Origin: Eledone cirrhosa
Lineage: Eukaryota
Reading direction: 5' to 3'
Assembly (NCBI GenBank): GCA_964016885.1
Contig: OZ024742.1
Location: 225,928,001 to 225,992,000, forward strand
Length of the DNA: 64,000 bases
The position numbers and the translations under genes were made by a program. Shown here piece after piece: positions 52,910 to 64,000 of this stretch (its first letter is position 1; each line of letters begins with the position of its first letter). A model generated the notes under the pieces. It ran no database searches. It worked only from the letters and a program-made list of their open reading frames with translations, and was not told the origin of the DNA.

Positions 52910-55685
52910 ACATCATCATCATCATCATCATTGTTTAATGTCCATCTTCCACGCTTGCATGGGTTTGGACGGGAGTTTTCCCACTTGAGGCAAGAGTGGT
53001 TGTCTTGCTCGCATAGGACTGTCTGGCGGGTTTTCTACGGCTGGATGCCCTTCCTAACACCAACCACGTTTACAGTGTGGACTGGGAGGTTTTTACCGTA
53101 TTACCTACACGACCACATTACAGCGTGGACTGTGTTTTTTTGTCGTGACACCTACATGACCTGGATCTGCCTACTCTGTGGCCCTACTCTGTGGCTACCG
53201 TCTATTTTTATTGCCCTGCACTTTTTTATACAGCTGTGTCTTTCATGCGCATCACGTGACCGTACCAACGTAGTCTTCTCTTGAGTAAACAACATCTGAT
53301 CCCTCTTATTTCTAATTTTTCCCTTAGTTCATTTATGCTTTGCTGTTCACGTATATTACTATTACACATCCAGCGGAGCATGCAAGCTTTATTCCTCTCC
53401 AGTCTGCGTATATCCTCTGCACACAATGCCCAGGTCTCACTGCCATGTAACATTGCTGTTCATATGCAGGCATCATACAACCTGCCTTTCATTTTTAGAG
53501 AGAACCCTTTAGCGGCTAATAGTGGTATAAGCTCTTGGAACTTTTTCCATCCAATTCTGACTCTAGCTACTGTACTTTCAGAGCACCCTCCACCACTGCT
53601 GATTTTGTCACCCAGGTAACAGAAGGTGTCCACTATTTCTATAGAACCATCTGTGCAATGGAATGAGCTAGTATTCTGTAGGCACTTGCTGCTACTTATT
53701 GCACCTGAGTACCGGCCACATATAAAATCTATATTCTTAGTTAGCTTACCTGTGATCCCACTACATCTTTTATGCACCCATACTTTGCATTTGGGACACA
53801 AAATGGAGTTTCTACCTACGCCTTTCCTACACACTGAGCATGGCCATTTCCCGGATGGGACCGGTGCCCTATTTTCCTTCCTACAAACTAGAACTTTAGT
53901 CTTAGACAGGTTAATTTTAAGGCCTTTTGATTCTAGGCCATGCTTCCATGTTTGGAATTTCTTCTCTAGTTCAGCCATTGATTCAGCTATGAGCGTTAAA
54001 TCATCTGCATATAGGAGTTCCCATGGGCAGCCGGTCTTGAACTCCTCTGTTATAGACTGAAGGGCAATAATAAATAGTAGGGGGCTAAGAACGGAGCCCT
54101 GATGAACACCAACTTTTACGCTAAACCCTTCACTATATTCATTGTTAATTCTAACCTTGCTGACTGTTTCTTTATACATGGCTTGTATAGCTCTCACAAG
54201 CCATTCATCAACACCTAGTTTTCTAAGAGCCTACCAGACAATGGAACGGGGGACTCTATCAAAGGCTTTCTCCAAGTCGACAAAAGCTAAGTATAGGGGT
54301 TTACTTTTAGCTAGGTACTTCTCCTGTAGTTGTCGTACAATGAAAAGAGCGTCTGTGGTACTTTTACCTGACACAAACCCGAACTGCATTTCATCTAGAT
54401 CAATTTGCTCTCTGATTAGTTGCGCTATTACTTTTTCCGTGACCTTCATGACCTGGTCGATTAATTTAATGCCTCTATAGTTACCCCTATCTAGGGCATC
54501 TCCTTTACCCTTGTAGCAGTTAATGATGATGCTGCTACGCGATGACTTGGTTTACTATCCGGGTGACCCTAGTATGTCCCACCGTTCCAGAAGCTTTCAG
54601 CATTTCAGCAACTATTTCCGAAGGCCCAGCCGCCTTACCCGTCTTCATATCTTTGATTGCCTTACTTATTATACTACCTTCGACTAACACTGCTGGTCCC
54701 TCTATTGGGTCGATGTGGGGGGAGACTGTCTTTCTCCCATTTATTCTCCTCATTTAGTAGCCTTTTGTAGTGACACTTCCAAGCTACCTTCTTATCAGCG
54801 TCAGTGATGGCAAGTACACCATCATCATTAAGGACACACTTCTCCCCGACAATATCACTGTTTTCCTTGACACATTGCCTAGCAATCCTGAACACCTCAC
54901 GTTTTTGGTCCTCGCGTTGTAGAACATGCTTGAACTTTCTTTCCTCTGCTTCCTTCTTGCGAAGTACACTTGTCTCCTAGCTTCCTTCCTGGCCACTTGA
55001 TAGTCTTCTCTACTTCCCCCATCCCACCATACTTTCTAAGCCTGCTTTTTGGCCTTAATTGACTCCTCCACCTTACTGTTCCACCACCACGTTACTCTCC
55101 TCCTGCCTATAGGCCTGCTCCAGCCACAGACTTCATCTGCCGCCATCAGCAGGTTTGCTTTCAGGAATTCCCACTGTTCCTCTATATTGTACGACTCTAA
55201 TTGCTCTTCCTTACTGTCGAAAACATCAAGTAATATGCTTTTAAATTTATTACTGGCTGTGGGGTCCTTTAGCTTCCATATTTTTCTCCTGAGGATAGTC
55301 CTCTTCTGTTGTCGAGTATGTCTCGTCCTGACTATGAGGTCGCTAATTATGAGTCTATGTTGAGAGGTATTCTTCATGGGGGAGGGATTTAGTGTTTACA
55401 ACAGACACTCTGTCACGTCTTCTGGTAAGGATATAATCTACCTGGCTGGTATGTTCCCTTGATCTGTAGGTGATCAAGTGATTGTCTCGTTTTTTGAAGT
55501 TAGTGTTACAGATAGTTAGGTTATTTGCGTCACAGAATTCCAGGATTCTGGAGCCTTCCTCATTTCTAGTACCAAACCCATAGCCTCCATGGATTCCGTC
55601 AAAGCCGTCACAATGTTGTCCAACGTGACCATTTAGGTCGCCAGCAATAACTATATAGTCACTGTCGGTTATTTGGGAGGTAGTG
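52910..55685 (-). mobile_element. 5'-truncated RTE LINE, same family as 19661-22997
   Basis: collinear APE-RT-PHD with several stops; 3' UTR and (CAT)n. Confidence 0.92.
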
Positions 55686-56045
55686 CATAATTAAACAAAC
55701 AATCCAAGCAGAAGTAAAGCTGTTGTGTAGTACAAAAAATGTTATGTAGTATTAAGATATGTTTATGTGGCAAGATAATTATAGTTAAAACAGTTTCTAT
55801 GTGAGTTTATGGTGGATGTGATGTGATAATTGTTTTGGTAATGTTTAAATGTAGATGTTTTGTGAGTATAGATAATGTCCTCCTTTGGGAGTAACCTTCT
55901 TCTATACTCTTTATAACACCCTTTGTTGCAGACAACATCTTCACTCACTTTGAATATGACACTATTGATAGCAGCAATAGTATCAATGTATCTTTATGAA
56001 TGTTCTGTAGAATAGGAATTTAATTATGTGTTTAAACTTTGCCAA

Positions 56046-56092
56046 TGCTCTGATGATACCAAACAGCTGTTTGGAAGAAACGACTGTCAGCA
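56046..56092 (+). ncRNA. Type I hammerhead, family 4
   Basis: tgct CTGATGA taccaaacagctgtttggaa GAAAC gact GTC agca; canonical GUC site. Confidence 0.78.
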
Positions 56093-56129
56093 ATAAAATG
56101 TATTAAATATAGATTTGATTGTTCTGTAC

Positions 56130-56792
<663 letters not shown>

Positions 56793-56824
56793 GTTATGTA
56801 ATAAACAACATAAGATAATTATTT

Positions 56825-56880
56825 CATTTACCAGTGGTTTCTTGAAGGCAATGTTATGTCTGTCTTCAGTCGTCAGAATG
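56825..56880 (-). ncRNA. Type I hammerhead, family 5, antisense copy
   Basis: minus strand: catt CTGACGA ctgaagaca...tgccttcaa GAAA ccactgg TA aatg. Confidence 0.72.
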
Positions 56881-57044
56881 AATAAATAACATGGTGTTTT
56901 TATTAAATATGGATTTGAAAACGGAATTAGGGGAAAAAATATATAGATAAATATCCAGAACATAAACATACACACACTCAACCACGCGCATATACCTAAT
57001 AGTATGTAGACGTATACTTTCTCACATAAGCGTATTTGCGTCTA

Positions 57045-57101
57045 CATTCTGATGACTGAAGACAGACATAACATCTGCCTTCAAGAAACCACTGGTAAAT
57101 G
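57045..57101 (+). ncRNA. Type I hammerhead, family 5
   Basis: catt CTGATGA c tgaagacaga cataaca tctgccttca a GAAA ccactgg TA aatg; GUA site. Confidence 0.75.
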
Positions 57102-57197
57102 AAATAATTGTCTTATGTTGTTTATTACATAACTAATAAGCTCTGTAGCCTACATAGAGCACTCTATTTTCCTGTACCTTTCCGACAGAAATATTTC

Positions 57198-57239
<42 letters not shown>

Positions 57240-57833
57240 AGCCAGAATCAGTTCCCGTCCCACCCTTGCAAGCAGGGAGAAACGGACGTAAAATGATGAT
57301 GATGATGATGATGATGATATATATATATATATACAGAGAGACAGACCAACCTTACACTAATTGCGTTATTTAGGTACATTTCTTTCTTTGGCTATCTGAG
57401 ATTTTTCCTGAGGCAAGCCACAAATCCTCCAGCTATATTGATTCCATTTTGTAAACTTTACAAAATGAGGTCAATATAGGCTGATGATATGTGGCCTGTC
57501 TCAAGAAATATCTGAAATAGACAGCCAAAGAAACAATTGTATCTAAATGACACTACATTTAGTGTAATAAATATCTACATACCATAACACTTCCCTCGCA
57601 TTGAGTGCTATACCAACTTTGGATATTATATCTATTATATTATATCTATATCTATCCAAATATAATTTGACATTACACTACAATATATATATATCTAAAG
57701 GCACAGATATAGCTGTGTGGTTAAGGAGATAACTTCGTAACTACGTGGTTCCAGGTTCAGTCCAACTCCAGAACACTTTAGGCAAGTGTCTTTTACTATA
57801 ATCTGCAAACATGTTATATTTATCTATAAATTA

Positions 57834-59964
57834 TACTGGGTTACAAAATATTTTTTTTTGTAAGTTGTCTAAGATTTTTCAACTGATTTAGAACAATTTT
57901 TCACTGCTGAATACGAAAATGATATCTGTTTCTCTCAATCAGGTTTTTGTGCTAAGTTGATTTTAAAAAATCCGATCTTCTGACTAAATCAATTACATTT
58001 TTGGTTGATCTTTGTTAATATCTCTCATCTGAAATAGGTTTTTAAGAGAAAAAAATCATTTTCTAACACAATTCATTAATTAAATGTTACAAAAATTGAT
58101 TAGTGTACATTGAATAGTAGAGACTGATAAAGGTAAGTCCATGTAAATTGGATGTTAGATGATCATTGTTTAAATTCAGGGCTTGAACTTCCGTTTCTTC
58201 GAACTCCTAGAATGCTCAGCAGCAAGGATGTCTCTCTTCAGAGTCCAACAGTAATCAGCCATCATGACTGCATCCCAGCTTCCCTGATACCTGGTCTCCA
58301 TCTCTTTCATGTCCTGATGGAATTTCTCCCCTTACTCGTTACTCATTGATCCCAGATTTTCAGGAAACCGATCCATATGTGAGAATAAGTAATGCATTTT
58401 GATGCTCGTGTTGCATCCGAGATTTTTGAAAGCAGTCAGCATGTTGGTGACAAGTTCTGCGTAGTTCCTGGCCTTGTTGTTGCTATGAAAGTTCTTCACG
58501 ACCAGAACAAAAGCCTTCCGCGCTAACAGTTTCACTTCATTGCGTTTTTGAACTCTGGATCTCTGATGAGCTGACGGAGTTGAGGGCCGTCAAAGATGCC
58601 AGCTTTCAACTTTTCCATAGTCAATCCTGGAAAAGCGTAGCACAAGTAAATGAAGCAGCCACCATCCTTGTCCAGAGCTTTAGTGAACTGTTTGATCAAG
58701 CTGAGCTTGATGTGCAGCAGTGGGAAGAGTATCTTGTCTCTATCCACCAGAGGGTTGTTTATGATGTTCCATGCTCTGTAAGGCACCAATTCCTCCCGTA
58801 CAGGCCAGTCCTTCTTCATGTAATGCTAAGCTTGGTCCCTACTATCCCACATGCGCAGAAAGCATGGGTACTTGGTGAACCCAGACTGGTGTCCCAACAA
58901 AAAGTTCACCATCTTCAGGTCAACACAAAAAAAATCAACCACTCGTGCTGATCATAATGAATTTCCTCCAGTACGTATTTCACCGCTTCATACTTCTCAT
59001 TCAGTGTTGTCGAGCAAGCGAGGGGTACAGAGGAAAACTAGTTGCCATTGTGCAGTAGAACACATTTCAGTTATCGCTTGTTGCTGTCTCTAAGCTTGTG
59101 CAGAAGTTGCACAATATCTGTACAGTACACCAAGTCCTTCTCTTTAGAGAAAAACAGAGGTACACTTGATGTCTATTGTGGTAGAAGGTGATGCGAGCAC
59201 TGTCAGAGAGGAGGGTTATTTTCCTTCAGTCTGGATGCCAACAGTTTGGCAAAGGACTTTGACAAGCTGAGATCATGAACTAGATCATTTAGCTCCTTTG
59301 GGGAAAAAGAACGTGGAGCATCATTGTCAAGAACCACTTCTTTTTCTTCATTTTTTTCAACACTGGAGGAATCTTCGTCACTAATGTCAGGGGGTTCGTC
59401 AAAGACAGGTACTGGAATTTCATCACAATGAGCTACAGGACGATGTGGTGATTCAAGATCAGGATACTTCAGGATTCTCCGGTTCTTTCTGTTGATCCCA
59501 GTCAAATCAATAGTGCAGAAGAAGCAGTCAGTGTCATAGTTTGTTGGCTCCCTCCAAACCATGGGAATTCCAAACTTCAGACAACTCTTCTTGCTCTTTA
59601 TCCAAGGATGCAGATACTCGGTGCATATCTTGCATACCATCTGTGGCGTCCAAGCTTTATCCTGGTCACCAAGTTTCATACCAAAATAAACATGGTAAGC
59701 ATGCTTTATGAAACTTGGGACTGGATTCCTGTTAGGAACAAGGGTGTATTCGCTGCAGAAGAAATAAGAAATAAGAAAGAATTTTGAATCATATAAATAG
59801 AAAATATCGACACATGTAAACAAAAATGTAAAAAAACAATGTGGTGATACATCAAAAAAGTTGATCTGATTGAGCAAAACCAATGTGACTTTTGGATTCA
59901 ACTCATCAAAATTATCCTAAATCAGCTAAAAACACTTAGACAATAAATTTGGAGTTGGCCAGTG
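57834..59964 (-). mobile_element. Chapaev3-like (CMC) DNA transposon, pseudogenised
   Basis: CACTGG-type termini, TTA on both flanks; KLGDQDKAW, WREPTN..DCFFC, LHIKL, FDGPQ, GERFHQD. Confidence 0.8.
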
Positions 59965-60000
59965 TTATATTTTAAACATTTTTATTGTTTCTTATTGCAG

Positions 60001-60192
60001 ATCAACTGTTACTTACCGCAAGAGAAAGAAAGTTGTCGAGGTAGAGCCTGAACCGACCAATACTATAATAGCTGGAACTGAGAGGGATATCTCTCTGTTT
60101 GTTAGTGCTATTGCAGAATACTGTAAATACGAATGTACAACAACTGAAATCTTCTTCAAAGATACTTTCATGTTTCAAACAAGATCTTTCCA
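60001..60192 (+). CDS. HYDIN: HYDIN exon (phase 2 to 2)
   Basis: ttgcag acceptor, gtatgt donor; RKRKKVVEVEPEP...FKDTFMFQTRSF. Confidence 0.88.
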
Positions 60193-61279
60193 GTATGTTC
60201 TATATTCCTTCTGTAATAATCTTATCCCTTTCATTACCATATTTCTAATGACATACATTCTATTTTAATTAATTGATGAAGAATTTTGACAGATTTACAA
60301 AAATTATTAGTTCAGTTCTTAATTTACCATATAGTTTTTATATGTTGGAAGATTTTAATTCAAATAGGAAGCTTTTAACACTTTTGTGACCATATTTTTG
60401 AGAAATATAATCTACTTCAATTAATTGATGCATAGAACCAGAGGCAGTTTTGACTGGATTGGTATCAAATGAGTTACACTATGCTACCATGATGATGGTT
60501 ACCTCTTTATCTGTAGTGAATCTACTGTCTTATAAAAGAAAGGATACATTGATTGGTGTAGTCTTAGATATACTATGTTTGAATTAAAGGTGTAACTTAG
60601 GTATGGAAAGCATGGCACATGCCATGGGCACCAGTTAGACTAAAAGCACTTAATATTAATGTCAGATAAGCTATTATTGGAAAGTTAAAAAAGAAACTTC
60701 TTCAGGTGTATGATCTGTCTTTGATTACCATGGTTGAGAAGCATTATGGTGGCTGGATCATTAAACCATTTATATAAATTATTAAGCCCATAGACAAAAA
60801 TACAGTGCTGGGACTACATGACCACAGAGGCATATCTCATAGTATGACTTGTCAAATATTCTAATAGGGTCTAATATATGTCAAAGGTTAGTATTACACA
60901 GATTGATCCCTTTAAATGCATTAACACTTTTGAAAACACTTCACATATACTTAAGTGTAAAGAATACCTGTAGAAGAAATGAAAATGCAGTTTAATAAAA
61001 ATGTTTGGGCAGGGGCACAATTTCAGTACTTGCTATAGGCGCTATTTTCCCAAATTACACCTCTGGTCTGAATAAAATATGAGATAGCCACAGCTGGAAT
61101 GTCTTTCATTATTAGATGTTTGTACTGGGATAATCTGATGTAATCTAATTTTTAATATATTGTAATGATTCAGCAAATATTTCTATAATCAAGTTTGTTA
61201 ATTCGAATATTGATAGTATCTTTACTGGTGGACAAAATGTTGTAAACATTTATAGTATTAGAATAAAGTGATTTTCACT

Positions 61280-62460
61280 CCAGATGCAACATGACTGACC
61301 AAATATTCACACTCCGGCAAGTCTTTGAGAAATTGTGGGAGTATTGCCAAGAGGTACATTCTTGTTTTGTAGACCTTGAAAAGGCATATGACCGTGTTCC
61401 TTGGGACCTACTGTGGAAGGTTCTGCAAGGGTATGGTATGGGATCAATGGACAGCTTCTTGTTGCCCTGATGTCTCTATATGAATGCCCGAGTATTTGTG
61501 TTCAGATAAATGGTACTAAATCGAAACCATTCAATGTGGGAGTCAGACTCCGCCAAGGGTGTGTACTGTCACTTCTGTTCATTATTTATACGAACAAGAT
61601 TGACATGCACAGCCAGATTCGAAGTGGTATCTTGACTGGCAGGTGTAAAATCAGTTGGCTAGAATTTACAGATGACATGGTATTACTTAATTCAACAAAA
61701 AGTGATCTGCAACTTGCACTCAATATGTTTGATGCAGAGTGCTGAATGGCTGGAATGAAAATCAGTACTGCAAAAACTCGATCACCTGTCCTCTCAAGGA
61801 AGCCTGCACGGTGTACTCTACATGTAAATGGAGTTCGACTGAAGCAGATGGAGACGTTCAAGTGTCTCAGGGCTGTGTTCATGATTGATGGAAAGCAGGA
61901 GGCTGAATTAAGTACAAGAATTGCAGAAGCTAGTGCAGTAATGTGCTAGCTTCAGCATTTGGTAATCAGAACAAGGGAGGTAGGTGTAAAAGCCTAACTC
62001 GCTATCTTCAATTCGGTAGTTGTGCCAACCTTTACTTATGGTCATGAATCTTGGTTAATGACCAAAAGAATATGATTACAAATAGAAGCAGCTGAAATGG
62101 GGTTCCACCGAAGGGTCTTGGAGTAACGTTACTCAATAAAGTGCGTAAATTGGAGATCAGAGAGTTACTCCAGGTAGAGCTGCTACTTCTCTGAATTGAG
62201 AGATCAACGCTCCAATACTATGGGCATGTGGTTAGAATGGAAAGAATTGCTGGGCAGATTTTATGGATAAAATCAAATGGCAAGAAACCCAAGGATAGAT
62301 CCCAAGCAAGATAGTTGAATAACATCCATGAGCTTGGCTGGTCTCACTTGAGGATTCAGCCAGATTGGTTGGAAATGGTTGCTTCTGACAGGAGCCGGTG
62401 GAAGGAATGTTTAAAGACTCTGCCCCAATGACCCTCTCGGGAATAAGTGGGTGATGAAGA
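61280..62460 (+). mobile_element. Old RTE-like LINE of a different family, no PHD finger
   Basis: DQIFTLRQV, FVDLEKAYDRVP, LRQGCVLS, FTDD. Confidence 0.8.
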
Positions 62461-62720
62461 ATGTGGAGGTATTTAATTTTTAATGTGATATAGTCATAAT
62501 ACTGTTTTGTACTTTTCAATGTTGTTTTATGCTATATGTTTATATTATCTTTACCAATGGCAAACTGTTGTGAGAATATGCAGTATTATAGTAAAGACTT
62601 TAATGTTTAATGTGATCAAGTCATAGTGCTGTTTGATACTTTTCAAGAATGTTTTCTTAATGTGGTTTCATGTGGGATTGGTAGTTAAGAGTTATTCTTT
62701 ATATTTTTTTACTTTTGTAG

Positions 62721-62969
62721 ATTTCAGTTACTGAATAAAGGCCATACTCAGCTTGAATACAATTGGCAGGTTATGGTGGAAGAACTACTGTCATCATCTA
62801 ACTTGACAGAGCAGCGATTGAGCGTGTGCCTCCCAACATCCACAGATAGTTATATACCAATTTCCATTGACCCAATGTTTGGTACCTTAGCTGCTGGTGC
62901 CTCTATCTTTTTCAATGTCAAGTTTTCTCCACTAAAGGCTGTCTCATACACTGGCAAACTAATTTGTTG
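62721..62969 (+). CDS. HYDIN: HYDIN exon (phase 2 to 2)
   Basis: tttgtag acceptor, gtaact donor; FQLLNKGHTQLEYNW...FNVKFSPL. Confidence 0.87.
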
Positions 62970-63570
62970 GTAACTACTACTACTACTACATGCATGCTCT
63001 CACACACACACATACAGCAAAACTATATGTATGTTTACTATACATGAACACATTGTAATTGGGTCGATATATGTCTTTATTTTGATATATTTTAGTATAC
63101 CAATTATTATATTATTACATAAACATACTTAAATGAATAAACATTGTTGTCTCTAATCAAGATGAAGTAAGAGTATATTTGAATTCATAGAAAAATGAGA
63201 AAACTCAAAACAAGAATAGCTGTTAAAACAGCCAAATGCTGTTAATGACAGCATTGGGTAAAAATACCTCAGAGGACAGAGATCAGTGGCTAGTGGTCGG
63301 TAGAGAGACAATCCATGAGGTGGGTGACAGGCAGATGAAATATAGAAATGATTGAGAGAGGAGGAGAACAAGGAGAAGTGTGTTGCCATATAGAAGCAAC
63401 TGGAAAAAGGAAATAAAGGTGATGTACAAGACAAGTCACACACACATCTTCACCCTCATCAGCTCTCATACCAGCAAAATGGTTTCATATGATTAAACAT
63501 AGTATAGTAGTTATTCTGCATGCACTCATTGTAACCCATCTATATATACCTTTATTTTGATATATTTTAG

Positions 63571-63795
63571 TATCCCTAACCTTCAAGAAGATGTTCAAAG
63601 CCCCAATATTGTATTAAAAGCCACTGGACTGATGCCATATTGTCATTTTGATGTGAAAGAGTCAGATTACATCACTAACGCTCGCCGGGACCCAAGAAGA
63701 TGTGGCCCAGGTGGAGCACCCCCATATGCAGCACTTGACCCTAATACTCGTGTTATTGAAATAGAGTGTATTGGAGTGAGAGCCAGGCCCAACAT
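63571..63795 (+). CDS. HYDIN: HYDIN exon (phase 2 to 2); gene continues past the window
   Basis: attttag acceptor, gtaagt donor; IPNL...PYCHFDVKESDYIT...LDPNTRVIE. Confidence 0.9.
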
Positions 63796-63834
63796 GTAAG
63801 TGATCCATAGCACTGGATTTACAGTAAAATATTT

Positions 63835-63862
63835 CATCATCATCATTGTCGTCATCATCACT

Positions 63863-63913
<51 letters not shown>

Positions 63914-63985
63914 TGCATAATCATCATCACCACCTGCATCATCATAACCATCATCATCATCATTGCCATCATCACCATCATCATT
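63835..63985. repeat. (CAT)n microsatellite
   Basis: direct inspection. Confidence 0.95.
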
Positions 63986-64000
63986 TTATGCTTGCTTCTC

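Noticed and set aside
57350-57570. Imperfect palindrome containing CTGATGA
   Set aside because: Could not build consistent stems I and III with a UH site; probably an old MITE

Overview
Eukaryotic, AT-rich, very repeat-dense genomic DNA. The SINE/RTE repertoire suggests an octopod cephalopod (inference). The window lies inside a large + strand gene, HYDIN (axonemal central-pair protein): 13 GT-AG exons, 2367 nt, that splice in frame from 7568 to 63795. The introns hold many RTE-clade LINEs carrying a PHD finger, and a Ty3/gypsy LTR element (12521-25532, CATA target duplication) with nested insertions. They also hold Tx1/L1 and Penelope (GIY-YIG) fragments, mariner, maT, piggyBac and Chapaev3-like DNA transposons, tRNA-derived SINEs, a tRNA-Glu pseudogene and microsatellites. 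The most striking pattern: five sequence-unrelated long inverted repeats each carry a pair of type I hammerhead ribozyme motifs, antisense copy upstream and sense copy downstream relative to HYDIN; three decayed single hammerheads also occur. Two HYDIN acceptors have duplicated upstream decoy copies. All calls are by eye; no alignment, folding or database search was run.
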